DNA from: Carpediemonas membranifera BICM
Taxonomy: Eukaryota > Protista > Fornicata
NCBI GenBank assembly: GCA_019828565.1
Contig: JAHDYR010000007.1
Location: 915,333-979,332, forward strand
Reading direction: 5' to 3'
Length of the DNA stretch: 64,000 bases
Shown here piece by piece: positions 41,673 to 53,453 of this stretch. The position numbers and the translations under genes are program-made. Every line of letters starts with the position of its first letter. Position 1 is the first letter of the stretch. The notes under the pieces are model-generated. The model was not told the origin of the DNA. It saw only the letters and a list, made by a program, of their open reading frames with translations, and searched no databases.

Positions 41673-42469
41673 TGTCGATTCTCATTGGGCCTTGCAATTA
41701 ACATAACCACATGTAATTTATGGTAGACCCCGCCGGAGGGGGTGCAGCCAACGGAGAAGCTAGGTGCTGGAGAGGGCCAGTTCAGCGGGAGGTTATCCTA
41801 GCGGCAGGATTCGCTCAGAGTGTGATGGCCCTTTTCCTTTCACAGAAATGGACAAACTGAAGCTTGAAGGGAATAGTCACACAACACAGTCGAAAACAGC
41901 GGTATTAGTCGCTGTGCAAGCTTCTAAGAATGGTACAGCTGAAAAGAAAAGAAAAGAATGGCACAGAACCATGCGACCAGGCAAAGGGAGTCGCTTTTGA
42001 CACTTATTCGTCCTCATTCCTCCAAATTCTCCAAATTCACCAATACTTCTTCCAAATATCCATTGGAACCTCCAACGGCCTCATTCACATCACAACTCTC
42101 ATCAGCGAGCTGCCCGAGCCCTCGCCTGCCGCCACCAACAGCACCACCGACTTCATCGCCCTCTACAGACTCTTGGTTGAGTGGCGCTACGACGTCCGCA
42201 AGCTCCCCACGACAATATGGGTGTCGCCCTCCGCCCCCTTCTCAAGGCCCTCAACCAGAACAAGGCGGGCGGGGAGATCGTGGCCGGCCATAAGGACGTC
42301 TGTATTAGGCGTTTGACCGGCTTCAGAATGAGAGAATCGCGCATATCATGAAGCACACCCCGACCCGTCGGGCGATGCAGGCTGTTCGTCGACTGCTGCC
42401 ATTTGCAGCGAACAAGTGGCGTGCTACTGACCCTGTACAGGCTCTGATGGCAGGCTAGAGCGGCTGAGA

Positions 42470-43201
42470 ATGGATGTGCAGATTAATGCACCAATATCGA
42501 TGAGCAGCTTGGCTGAGAGATTGGCGCTTCGAGCTGCCAAGATACAGTCGGAGAAAGATGTTAATAATCAAATAACATTCAAAACGTCCACTGATCAGCC
42601 ATATTCTGCTCCAGCGGAGCCAGAACGGCCAGTTTTACCTCGTGTGACCGTTTCAGCCGCTCCAATGACCCGTGCGACCCATAGTGAGAAGAAGCTTGTT
42701 GTCCCAAAGGCCAAAGCAGCAGCGCCGCCGAAACTGACCATCGGCAAGCGCCTCACCCCCAACACCCGCGACCGAGCCTTCCAGCTTGATGTCAAGAAGT
42801 CCGGTGTGAAGAGAACAGCGGCCGGAAAGACCTGGATGGATGAGAAACTTGCTGGCTGGTCAGATACGGAGCGTCGTCTGTTTGTCGGCAACCTCTTGGG
42901 CTCAGCGAAGGATGAGGATCTTGCCCACATGTTCAGGCACTATCCGAGCGTTACAAAAGTGCGCGTTGTGAACGATAAGACGAAGAAGTCCAACTACGGC
43001 TTCGTGTCGTTTGCTGACGAAGCAGACTATCTGAAGGCCTTTACGGAGATGAAGCACAGTCAGGAGTACCCTTATATCATCATACAGCCGTCCAAATGGG
43101 CTGAGAGAAACGTTTCAGTCAGATCAAGGGCAGAGAAGCATGAGTTGGGACAGCTAAGGCACGACATCGAGCGCCACAGCGGTAAGAAGTTCGAGGGTTG
43201 A
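42470..43201 (+). CDS. RBM42: RBM42-like RRM protein
   Basis: RTAAGKTWMDEKLAGW..RLFVGNL..YPSVTKVRVV..YGFVSF..YLKAFTEM. Confidence 0.8.
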   Translation: MDVQINAPISMSSLAERLALRAAKIQSEKDVNNQITFKTSTDQPYSAPAEPERPVLPRVTVSAAPMTRATHSEKKLVVPKAKAAAPPKLTIGKRLTPNTRDRAFQLDVKKSGVKRTAAGKTWMDEKLAGWSDTERRLFVGNLLGSAKDEDLAHMFRHYPSVTKVRVVNDKTKKSNYGFVSFADEADYLKAFTEMKHSQEYPYIIIQPSKWAERNVSVRSRAEKHELGQLRHDIERHSGKKFEG

Positions 43202-43602
43202 CGCTGTTTCTCCAAGGCTCCATAATCTCCCAACCCACAACAGCATAAATACTAGATTACATTCAGATCTACTGAGACGACATGCTAAGGCTGGGTTAAC
43301 CTTGCGCTGGCTGAAAGACCGCTTCAAGTTGCTCGCCTCAGTTCTTCAGTCGAGGCTCTGGGCGTCAGTAGATATCGTCTGAAGGTACGGCTTGCCCTTG
43401 TAGCTGAAGACGCGGCTATACCGCTTCTCGAACACCAGAATCATATCCGAGAGCTGCGCTGAGCCTGTTGAGTTCCTTCTGGAACTCCTGGTGCTGGCGG
43501 TCCTCCTCGAGCAAGCGGGTCGGCTTCGAGTTGAGCTTGATTGAAGGCGTGGTCGAGAACGTGTACGCAGATTATACAAAGCCCCCAAATCACGAAGGAA
43601 CA

Positions 43603-43941
43603 ATGGATCATGAGATTGAGCTTGCCAATGTCGAGGAATGGCTTGTATTGAAGTTTGGTATGGTTCCGAATACCTCTCTTGGGTGGTTCAGGGCCGGTGT
43701 CGGCTTCTATAACAAGAAGCGTTTCACTGACGCCATTGCGTGCTTTAGAAAGGCAATATCTCTTGACAAGAACAACTTTAATGCATACCAGATCCTTGCG
43801 CGTGCCTGCATCGCTACCAACCGGCGTGACGAAGCAATTTCTGCACTGAAAGAGGCAGTGAAGCTGAACTCTCCTGCAGACTGGCAGCTGCTCGTTGAGC
43901 TCACAGAAGGCAGCGCTGCTCCTGAGACAGAACCATTATGA
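43603..43941 (+). CDS. Small TPR protein
   Basis: WFRAGVGFY..AIACFRKAISLD..AYQILA..AISALKEAVKL. Confidence 0.8.
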   Translation: MDHEIELANVEEWLVLKFGMVPNTSLGWFRAGVGFYNKKRFTDAIACFRKAISLDKNNFNAYQILARACIATNRRDEAISALKEAVKLNSPADWQLLVELTEGSAAPETEPL

Positions 43942-45149
43942 TATGAGCACCTGCGTTCATGACCGACTTATGATAAATCCGCAGACCACCGACAGTCAAC
44001 GGAGGTCCTGTTGGATTCGCAGGATGTCTGGGACTGCGCATTTATCGTACAAACCGAGCTCGGCCACCCCAGCGAGGACCTTTGTGCCTTCTGCATTCTC
44101 GCAGCGCTGGCAAATCGTAGTAATCAGATAACGACGGAGCTCAGCAGAGAAATATGGTTTCTTCATGAGCGTCACACAGCGTGCATCCTTCTCAGAGGCC
44201 CGCATGGCTCCGTCGTCACTACCAAGGGCAGAGTGTGTCTGCTCCAGACGATCTTCCTCATGGGCTGGGCGGTGTGGGCAAGACGGTGGTGTTGAACGAA
44301 CTCGACTGCATCGGGTTCACCATGGATGCTGAGCCTCAGATAGGCTTGGCCTGCCCGGGCGAGTCGTTCGACTGACTCGACTTCACATCTCAGATATGAC
44401 TACAACCAGCCATCAAGGGCCGCAAATATACTTTGTGGCCAGGCAAATGTACAGTAACGGTTTACAGGTCTGCGAACGTGTCACTTTTTTTTCTTGCAGA
44501 ATGCGAACCGGCGACCGTTTCTCAAAAGAATGGTCTTCCATGGACTTTAGCGCACTTTCATCTTGTGCATATCATTCATACTCATTCATATTCCTCCTTC
44601 TTCACTCTGTTTCGGTCACTTCACGGTGCCGAACTAAACAACATCAATCAGGTGCGCCGACGGGACCCTGGAGCGGCAACAAGGTAAGTCCGCCACCATC
44701 TAATGATGTCAAAATGCTTAGCTGTGCGCCACGGCGTCTTCGGACCCGTGGTATTGCATTGGCCTCTGGCCCTTGCTGCACACCGGAGAGATCCGCGCCA
44801 CTTTGTTCGGTGCGGAACCCGGTTCCTAGCTAGGAGCGCGCGGGCGGTGTGAGACAGCCGCGCGACATCAGATGGACCTAGGACAGTGAGCCTAGATGAT
44901 ACACTTGGACGACCCAGCAGCTGCTGGCGGTTGGTGAGTGTATGCGGGAGGGCAGCCCGCGGTGTGGAGCCCCCATTGGAGTCATACCCATGGGGGGTCA
45001 TTTTCGTCCGAACTGTCCGAATTGTCAGATTTGCACCCAGCAGCTGAAGCATGCGTCCGACCCTAATATCGTGTCAAAACAGAAGGAGAAGAGGTAACTC
45101 TTGTAAAATGCGAGCAGGAGTGCAACGTTTTTCACACCAGTCGATCATC

Positions 45150-45647
45150 ATGGGCTTTCGCCTTTGGGCTGGGTGTCAAGTTTGGAAGGTCTCTTGTACG
45201 TCTTGGGCCCGCATCACAAAGGCCGTAGTCGCATTCTGGGTGGCTCCCCTCCTACTGCTCTACCGTCCCGAGCCTCTGCTACTCCGCGTCTCGGGTCACG
45301 CGCTCGGCCTCGTCTCCATGCTGGGCGGCCTGCCGGTCCTGCTGCTGACTTCGGCCCTGAACACCCTGCCCGACGCATGTGTGGAACAGCTGGGCGGGCC
45401 CTCGTCCAGATATATACATAGAGCTGCTGCTGTCCTCCCAGGTCCTGGCGATGGTCGACTCCGTGCCAGACTACACCCTGGGCGCCTTCACCGAGCTGTG
45501 GGGGGCCAGTCTCTTCGCCTCTGCGATGGACGCCGTGGGTATCCTATTCACCTCGTGCCAGCTGCTGGAGCCCTCGTTCCACCGCTGCCGCTCGATCGAC
45601 CCATCCCCGCATTGGTCGAAGCCTATGGCCACATAAGCCTCTTTTAG
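45150..45647 (+). CDS. Hypothetical hydrophobic protein, possibly frameshifted
   Basis: Hydrophobic ORFs in overlapping frames. Confidence 0.3.
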   Translation: MGFRLWAGCQVWKVSCTSWARITKAVVAFWVAPLLLLYRPEPLLLRVSGHALGLVSMLGGLPVLLLTSALNTLPDACVEQLGGPSSRYIHRAAAVLPGPGDGRLRARLHPGRLHRAVGGQSLRLCDGRRGYPIHLVPAAGALVPPLPLDRPIPALVEAYGHISLF

Positions 45648-45785
45648 CTTTGAAAAGACGATTGCTGGCCAAGGAGAGGAGCTCTTCCGTATCATTCGGT
45701 GCACATGCTTCATTTATCGTTTACGTTTTGAGTCGATCCAGACCCAAATTGTCAGCCAAGACGAGAAGACAAAAGACGCCGACAA

Positions 45786-47377
45786 ATGGCTGTAGCGACG
45801 CAGGACGTGGACATTACGTTCTTCTCGTCACTAGAACTCGACGGTGTTCATTACTATACCGTCGGCTTCACTCTCATTGGTAGTTTGTACGCATTCAGCC
45901 ACTTTCTCACCAAGTTCTTCTCCTCATTCTCTTTCAATGCATTCTCTACGGCCTTACGCCATGTAACTTCTTCTGCAGCAACATTATACTCCGTTATCTT
46001 GCCCAAGCGCTGACTTCGCTCGGTCTCAACTTCATTGAACGTTACACGAGCGAACTGCCGACATTGCCCGGCACCAGTGGAGCAACGAGAAGTGAACGCA
46101 TGAAGGAACTCGTGAAGCAGAGGAACGCCGCTGCTGGAGCTGCTTTGCTCGTTGTGCTGTGCATTTTCATCACAGCCTTTTACTTCTCCGTCGCAGCCGA
46201 GCTCGCATCAACGAGGAGCTGCGCCCAGGTGCAGACGCTCGGCTCGCTAGACCTGTACGAGCTATCGTCCGGGCTGGACGTTGAGGTGACCATCTATGTC
46301 AACACTGATGACGGCCTCCTCGACAAGGACGCCGCCCGCACTCTTATAGACGCTTGGAACGTTGGAACGAACGTATCCTCGATCTCAGTCGACTACGTCG
46401 CCATCAGCTTCGTGGCAGATTCACACTGGCTCTTGTACTCAGCCGACCCACTCACGCTGCCGCTCAGCGTCCTCCACATTGAGACCATCGACCACGTGAA
46501 GCTCCAGTCCCGCTACCGCGACTACAGCTCGGGCTTCCCCTTCTACAGTGATACTGAGACAACAGCTGAGATCGGTAGACGTGACCTTATGATGATTTCT
46601 CAATCTGATGTCGAGATTCGATCTGATTTCGCGAATATCAGCATGACCATCCCCACCGCGATCGCACAGGTTGTGAGAGACACGTGGGATATGCGCACGG
46701 CGTTCCATCCAGACGTAGAGGGTCTCAAGTTCATGCGGCCCGACCGCGTTCCTCTGTTTGACGTCAACCGCAGCACTCCTCTGCTCGCAGACGCGACGGA
46801 CGCGTTTATTCTTGATTTCGCGCCTAATGAGATTGGTTCTGAGGCCGTGCTTCTCGAGTGCGAGGGCACGATTGAGATCATCATCGGCATCCTTGAGAAG
46901 GGCGCCATCTACCTCGCCCTCTACCCTGTCGTCAAGATCATACTCGAAGCACTCGCCCGCGGCTACCAATGGCTCGTCCCGACGCTCATCATCGGCGTCG
47001 CGGTCTCCAGCTGCCTCATCCCCGTCCCACTCATCTTCGCCCTCTCGTCTGTGGGCTTCTACTACGCCCACACCCACTACCCTCTCACGTCCCAGCTGCT
47101 GTACGACATTATAGCAAGCGGGTCTATTGTCATGATGATCGCCGGCTTCCAGTCCATAATCTGCACGGTACTGTACATCCTCAAGTTTGGTCGTATGGGA
47201 GGCTGGTCACTCATCAAAGAGGCCATGAATCGGCTCAAGGTAGCACGTCTCAGAAGAAGGGAAAGATCGAAGCATCGGCAAGCAGTGATGCAGAGGTCAC
47301 TTGACTCGGCCCGAGACGATCGCCCAAATCCCCTCACAGGGCCGATGGCCCAGCACCAGCAGCCCGATTCAGTGTGA
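45786..47377 (+). CDS. Multi-pass membrane protein with one apparent frameshift near 45945
   Basis: The 45786 ORF joins the open frame leading into 46064-47377 after a 1-nt shift; several transmembrane segments. Confidence 0.6.
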
Positions 47378-47763
47378 GTGATCAGTGGGCCATGGTCCAC
47401 GATCGTTCTTGACTGCTGTTCCGTTTTCAAGGGAAGCAAGGAAAGAGCACCGTACTAAAATGTCAATAGATGTTTATCTTTTTATGTTTGTCCTTCTTCG
47501 AACCTTTGGCTTTGTCTATTGGCGCACCAAACAAAGATCTGCTTCCGTCACCGACACGCCCCGTCGCCATGGCCAGGGTCCTAACACGGTCATTTCGGCG
47601 GGGTACTCCGTGGAAAATGGCTTGTTATTGACATGGATTCGAGAAAGACCGAAGGCAGCCTCGCTTGTAACATCAGTCCAGCCGGGTCGACTCGTATCCG
47701 TGCATTTCATGTTTTGTCAGAAAAGACCATTCGCAACATTCATCGAAACACAATACCCTGACC

Positions 47764-49164
47764 ATGGAAACGAACAGCATCCGCACTCTAGTGCGTGAAA
47801 GGCTGAGAGAAATACGATCTGGAGTTGTGGATGCGGAGAAGAAGGTCAAGCAGGACGTAGAAGCACGCAAGCAGTTCATTGAATTCGTTAATGGCAAGAA
47901 TCGCGAAAGCACAAACGAATTGAGCGTTCAAGACGTCAATGAAGCCAGAAAGCAAGTTGTAGCAAACGCAACGTCCCATTTCCTCCGCATGGCGAACGGT
48001 CTCGACACCCCCCTCAAGGTCGCCCGAGACACTCCTACCCTTCTTCCAGAGGACCAGCCCGAGCACCCGCCCCCGCCCAAGCCCAAGACACTCCACGAGC
48101 TATTCGGGGTCGAGCACCTTGACCATGGACTGCTCCCCGTGGTGTGTGACTACCAGCAGCTCAAGGGCATGGCCGCCACGATGCCCCTGCCCGAGGTTTA
48201 CGAGTACACTGTGGCAGACTATACGGGGCCGTTTACAGTCCAGCCCGAGATGGCGTGGCGGTACGGGTCACTGGTCGAGGAGGTCTCGGACAGACCGCCC
48301 GACGGCACTGAGTTCAAGGCGGGCGAGCTGCGGTTCGATCATGCCCAGGAGGTGCTCGTCCGGTTGATCAGGGAGGAGCAGCGGCTGTTTGAGGCGATGG
48401 TGGCCTCGGCTAGGAAAGCCAGCGAGGCAGAGCAAGTGGAGGCCGAGACGGACGAGGGGACTGAGCCCGCCATGCGCCCTAAGTCTAAGTTCGTCCTCGC
48501 CCTGGATGAGGCGGGGCTCGGCGTCACAACGTTCCCACCCACCCCGCCCAGCCCAGCCTCCTCGGACCTGCTCACGACCGCGGTAAACGCGACATTCGGC
48601 CAGAGTAACAGCCAGCCGACCATGTTTGAGAGGATCTGGCGGCAGTACACGCCGGTTAAGACGCTCAATTTGCCGGAGTCACTCAGCTTCCGGCAGCTGT
48701 TCGAGGCGTACTCCAAGCAGTACCGCGAGGCCGAGTTCGAGTCCAGCGAGGTCGCGGTCCCCGAGGCCAGGCCCCTGGACGGCATCTGGCCCCGCGTGGC
48801 GGCCGTGTGGTCAGCGCTGAGGATGCCGCTGGGGCAGAAGATCGCTATGGTGGCTCCATACATGCACCTGTCGACCGTCACTAAGCTTGAAACTGACCTG
48901 ACACTCTGGGAAGCGGCAGTGGCAACGGTCAAGCGACGGGAGGAGTTGAAGGTCCAGATCGCGACTCTGGAGAAGTCTCTGGGCGTACATACCGGCCGGC
49001 CGATCCTCACCGGGCCCGGGCGGGTCTCCGCACAGGCAGAGTACACGCAGCTCCAGGACCTGTGGGCGAGGCTGACCGAGGAGGTGCGGCGCGAGGCGTG
49101 GAAGCTGGTGGAGGCCGGCGGGGAGTTGACGCTGGACGGGGCGCCGTACCCGACGAAGATCTAG
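47764..49164 (+). CDS. CCDC87-like coiled-coil protein
   Basis: VWSALRMPLGQKIAMVAPY..LWEAAVATVKRRE..GELTLDGAPY resembles the recalled CCDC87 C-terminus. Confidence 0.55.
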   Translation: METNSIRTLVRERLREIRSGVVDAEKKVKQDVEARKQFIEFVNGKNRESTNELSVQDVNEARKQVVANATSHFLRMANGLDTPLKVARDTPTLLPEDQPEHPPPPKPKTLHELFGVEHLDHGLLPVVCDYQQLKGMAATMPLPEVYEYTVADYTGPFTVQPEMAWRYGSLVEEVSDRPPDGTEFKAGELRFDHAQEVLVRLIREEQRLFEAMVASARKASEAEQVEAETDEGTEPAMRPKSKFVLALDEAGLGVTTFPPTPPSPASSDLLTTAVNATFGQSNSQPTMFERIWRQYTPVKTLNLPESLSFRQLFEAYSKQYREAEFESSEVAVPEARPLDGIWPRVAAVWSALRMPLGQKIAMVAPYMHLSTVTKLETDLTLWEAAVATVKRREELKVQIATLEKSLGVHTGRPILTGPGRVSAQAEYTQLQDLWARLTEEVRREAWKLVEAGGELTLDGAPYPTKI

Positions 49165-49402
49165 GGTGGCGCCGCTTGGATCTTCTTCTCTGAGCGAGGT
49201 CCTCGCAGAGCTCCTGAAGTTTCGTGTCGCTGCAGGTCGACAAATATGCAATCATTTGCAGCTGATAGCAGAGCTGTTTAAATCGGGATCATGATTTCGC
49301 GCCCGGCGTCGATGTGACGGATTGACCCGGGTGGGCCGGGTAATCAGATCGGACATTTGATCGGTTTTCTCGGCCTTCAACCAAGTGCCAAAACCCCGAA
49401 AT

Positions 49403-52333
49403 ATGCAGGAGGTTGATGCAAAGATCACTGCTATGCGTGATTTGATGAAACTGAGGGCCCGCCGTGCCCGGAGTGAGAAGAGAAAGGCCTTCCACAACCT
49501 TCTGAGCGAAGTCGGCGAGCATGCGCTTCCAACGGACCAGTATGAGCTTCTTTACACCGACAACCACGGCCAAAAGATGACGAAGAAGGAACGTGCCGAC
49601 CACGAGCGTCGTATCGCTTCCCACCAGCGCGAACAGCTTGGCCTGAACAAACGGGCCCGCACCGACGCCGAACCACCAGCACTCCCCGAGTATCTCTTCG
49701 AGAAGCCGCAGAACGAGCCCCGCGAGATCTCTGAGGAAGACCTGGAAGAATATGAGTCCACGGATTCCGAATCCGACGGCCAGACCGCCCCCGCCGTGCT
49801 GTGGCCCGAGACAGCCCGAGAGCTGAAGCATCCAGAGTGGAATGCCCGCATGGACGCGGTAGAAAGGGATGAGCATGGTCATGCCGTCATTAGCCACGGG
49901 AGGAAGCTCGACTCAGTCAAGCTGGGCGACACCTTCCAGCACAAGCTCCGCGAGGACCTGGAGAAGTACATGATCCCTCGGGACATCGACTCTGAGGCCG
50001 AGCAGGCAAGAATGAAGCTCGACGTTGTGATGGGGGAGACCAACATCACGAGAGCCCTCGACGAGCACGACGTCGTCGTCCTGACCTCGGAAACGGGCTC
50101 AGGCAAGAGCACGCAGGTGCCACAGATCCTGTTCGAGGCAGGCTACGCCGCTAACGGCATGATCGGGGTCACCGAGCCCCGCCGGGTCGCGGCAATCAGT
50201 CTCGCGCGCCGAGTCAAGGCAGAGATGGCTCTATGCACTCAACCCGACCTCGTAGGCCACAGCGTCCGCTTCGACAAGTCCCTCTCCGATCAGACCCGCA
50301 TCCTGTACGCCACCGACGGCGTTGTCCGACAGATGGCGTTGTCGGCCCCGCTGCTCCCCCAGTTCTCCGTAGTGGTAGTGGACGAGGCGCACGAGAGGAC
50401 AGTGATGACTGACACGCTCATAGGCTTCCTCGTTAGAGCCATCCAAGCCCGTAAGGAGGCTGGAATGCCGCACCTTAAGGTCGTGATCATGTCGGCGACC
50501 ATCCAGGAAGAGGTCTTCAAGACGGTGTTCGCAGCACACGGGGCCACCGTGGCATGCGTGTCTATTGTTCCAGCGAAGAACCCACACAAGGTGGTAGTCA
50601 AGCCGCCGGCCACGCTCAACAACGAGAAGCTGAACTTCGGCGATAGCCTAGAGAAGCTCAAGGAGCTCCAGGCGAGGCCCAGAGAGTTCTCGGGGTGGGT
50701 CGCTGATGCAGTGTCAAGTATAGTTGCCAAGAAGGTCAGAGACCGCTCGAGAGGAGCCGATGACCCAACCTACGTGCCCAAGACCATCCTCGCCTTCCTC
50801 CCAGGCCAGGGCGAGATCCTCGAGGCCATCATACTCACTGCCGAGAAACTAGGCGCTGAGGGCGACGAGGGGGCATTTGACGAGACAATGGAGGACTCAG
50901 ACGACGAAACAGAGACACCTACCCCCGCGGGTCGACTCATACGCACGAGACAGGCCAGGGCCGAGCTCCTGCCCCTCTACGGCACCCTGAGGCCGGGCCA
51001 GCAGGACCGGGTGTTCGCCCAGCCTGCCCTCGTCGACGGGGTGGCGGCTGCGAGGGTTGTATTCGCCACCAACATCGCGGAGACGTCTCTTACCATCCCT
51101 GACGTCGACCTTGTAGTCGACTCTGGAGTCGAGAAACGTGCAGTTTTTGACCCACTTTCTGAACGGACTGAACTCAAGCTAGTCAAGATCTCAAGGATGT
51201 CTGTAGAGCAGCGCAAGGGCCGTACTGGCCGCACATGTAACGGTGAGGTCATACACATGTACGCTGACTACCAAATAGACCGTATGGAGCCCGCCCCGCC
51301 CGCCCAGGTCGAGCATTCGTCGCTGCTGGACACCGTGGTGTTGCTCCGAGCTCTCAGGATCCGCCCCGAGGAGTTCGCATTCCCGGGTGGGGTGCCTTCA
51401 GGTCTAGCAGCAGCGAGCGAGACATTAGACAACCTCTTGGCCATTGTCTCACTGGGAAAGAAGGCCTCTGCCCAGTCGGCCGAGGAGAAGGCCAAGGTTA
51501 AGAGAATGAAGCGTGCTGTCGTCAAACGCGTCGCTGCCTTCCCCATCAAGCCGAGAGCAGCCCTGTTCATCTCTGTCGTCGTCAGCTCCATCACCAGAGA
51601 ATCTAACGCCGCCAAGCTCGACTATCTCCGGGCCGCACTCACCCTTGCTGCTGTACTTGCCGTTGACAAGCGCCCAGAGACCTTGTGGTGCGGCGTGTCA
51701 GATTCCAAGCGTGCCGAGTATCTCGCAGCAGGGTTGGTCGACGAGCGGTCAGACCACTTGACAATCGCCCAAATCGTCGAGAGCGCTGCTTCGAACCCCC
51801 ACCCCGCTGATCTTCTCGTGAGAGAGATCCTGAACGTCCGCGCCCAGCTTGTCCGAGTCGCTGTCGACCAGCATGCCGTCGTCTTGCCCAAGCTGGGCGA
51901 AGTGACCGACGACCCTGCCGCACTCGCCCGTGCTCTGGCGCTGACACCCCCGAATAACCTGCTGAAGGATGGTTCGAGAGGATTCAAAGCGATGCTCCGT
52001 GGATTAATATTGTGCACTTTTAGGGACACTGTTGCCGTCCGGGGTAAGAAGACCCAAGCCGACTGGACGTACAGGTTTAGTAGGATCGACGGCCACCGTT
52101 TTGTTCGTATTCACAACAGCTCTCCGCTTGCAGGGCTTGCTAAGGAAAGTGGGGATGCTTTACCCAAGTATGTTACTACTGACCCGACGTCAGTGTTTGC
52201 CCCCAACAAGGCCGTGTTCCTGAACATGGTCACGGTGGTGGACAAGGCGCAGGTGGAGAAGTACTGTGACGCTAGGCTGGTGAAGGCGTTACGGAAGGAG
52301 GTTGGGGTTGACCCCAAGAAGCACCGCGGATAA
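49403..52333 (+). CDS. DHX37: DEAH-box RNA helicase, DHX37/Dhr1-like
   Basis: ETGSGKSTQVPQILFEAGY, TEPRRVAA, DEAHER, SAT, TNIAETSLTIP, QRKGRTGR. Confidence 0.82.
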   Translation: MQEVDAKITAMRDLMKLRARRARSEKRKAFHNLLSEVGEHALPTDQYELLYTDNHGQKMTKKERADHERRIASHQREQLGLNKRARTDAEPPALPEYLFEKPQNEPREISEEDLEEYESTDSESDGQTAPAVLWPETARELKHPEWNARMDAVERDEHGHAVISHGRKLDSVKLGDTFQHKLREDLEKYMIPRDIDSEAEQARMKLDVVMGETNITRALDEHDVVVLTSETGSGKSTQVPQILFEAGYAANGMIGVTEPRRVAAISLARRVKAEMALCTQPDLVGHSVRFDKSLSDQTRILYATDGVVRQMALSAPLLPQFSVVVVDEAHERTVMTDTLIGFLVRAIQARKEAGMPHLKVVIMSATIQEEVFKTVFAAHGATVACVSIVPAKNPHKVVVKPPATLNNEKLNFGDSLEKLKELQARPREFSGWVADAVSSIVAKKVRDRSRGADDPTYVPKTILAFLPGQGEILEAIILTAEKLGAEGDEGAFDETMEDSDDETETPTPAGRLIRTRQARAELLPLYGTLRPGQQDRVFAQPALVDGVAAARVVFATNIAETSLTIPDVDLVVDSGVEKRAVFDPLSERTELKLVKISRMSVEQRKGRTGRTCNGEVIHMYADYQIDRMEPAPPAQVEHSSLLDTVVLLRALRIRPEEFAFPGGVPSGLAAASETLDNLLAIVSLGKKASAQSAEEKAKVKRMKRAVVKRVAAFPIKPRAALFISVVVSSITRESNAAKLDYLRAALTLAAVLAVDKRPETLWCGVSDSKRAEYLAAGLVDERSDHLTIAQIVESAASNPHPADLLVREILNVRAQLVRVAVDQHAVVLPKLGEVTDDPAALARALALTPPNNLLKDGSRGFKAMLRGLILCTFRDTVAVRGKKTQADWTYRFSRIDGHRFVRIHNSSPLAGLAKESGDALPKYVTTDPTSVFAPNKAVFLNMVTVVDKAQVEKYCDARLVKALRKEVGVDPKKHRG

Positions 52334-52459
52334 ATATTTTATCGTTATTCTGGGCATGGCTGTGGCTAGCTTGGAGCGTGGCGGGGTTGTCTGCTTGCTG
52401 GGGTGGCTCAGAGAGCTCTTCGCATCTTAAGAGAAGCGACGCGTCGCCAAAACGTGTTA

Positions 52460-53254
52460 ATGAGCCTCGAAGAGCCGCCAGAACTAACAGCATTGCGCAG
52501 AATGCTGATGAATGAACGCAAGAAGTCGCAAGATTGCTCTCTCGCCCTTCTTCATAAGGAAGACAAGATCAAAGCCCTAGAACGCGAGCTTAACGACGCC
52601 AAGGCTACAATTCATCGCCTCATCGATGAAAACAAGCGCCTTCAAATCAAAGCAGGCATGGCCAGTGCCGTTACCCCATCCCTACCGACGCCCACGTCCT
52701 CCAAGCTCGGCCTTGCCATCCGCAGCGCCCTGTCTCTTTCAGATAAGGCAGCCACCGCCGGCCAGAACCTCACTCCAACCCGCACGAGTCGGTCCAACTC
52801 CACCTCGAGTGCGGCCGACTCACTTATGGGCCGTTCGTTCGAGGACGGTTTAGAGGACGCCATCCGCCCTAGGACGCCCAGGACAAGCCACCCAACCACC
52901 CCTGAGCGAGCAGACAGACTTCTACAGACACCCCCGAGTGCATTTTCGACCTCTGGACCAATCGAACTCCCTTCAGTCGACATCCTCAAAGAACTAATCA
53001 GATCCGAGCTCGTAAGAAACGGCCTCGGGACGCATGCGGCCATGGGAAGCGAGGACTCGGCCGCCCAGGCAGCCCTGCTCTCCCTGGCTGATGATGGGGA
53101 GGACGCCGAGTATGCTTCTGTTGCAGAGGGGCTTGAGCGGAAGATCAAAGCTGGCGCCGTTCATCTCACGCCGAAGCCTGAGGACTGGAAGTACAAGTCC
53201 CCTGTAAGGCGTGTGAAAAAGGCGAAGAAGGGGCCGAGGCAGGGGGCAGATTGA
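52460..53254 (+). CDS. Hypothetical coiled-coil protein
   Basis: N-terminal heptad repeats followed by a Ser/Thr-rich region. Confidence 0.6.
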   Translation: MSLEEPPELTALRRMLMNERKKSQDCSLALLHKEDKIKALERELNDAKATIHRLIDENKRLQIKAGMASAVTPSLPTPTSSKLGLAIRSALSLSDKAATAGQNLTPTRTSRSNSTSSAADSLMGRSFEDGLEDAIRPRTPRTSHPTTPERADRLLQTPPSAFSTSGPIELPSVDILKELIRSELVRNGLGTHAAMGSEDSAAQAALLSLADDGEDAEYASVAEGLERKIKAGAVHLTPKPEDWKYKSPVRRVKKAKKGPRQGAD

Positions 53255-53453
53255 CCTCGGGTGAGCAACAACTACTCCCTCCAGCTCCCTGGCGGCCCAA
53301 CTTAAGGCCAGAAACGCTATGTTAAGAATGATAAGCAGGCATGCAATGTGAGTACATAAACTACTGCTATTGAGAGCTTACCACAGAGATTGGGATGACT
53401 GACCAGCTGTTCGTTGATGACGCATTTTATGTCAAAAAACGCAAGAGCTCAAA

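Noticed and set aside
41930-42350. Short overlapping ORFs; likewise minus-strand ORFs at 43300-43600
   Set aside because: No recognisable family and broken frames
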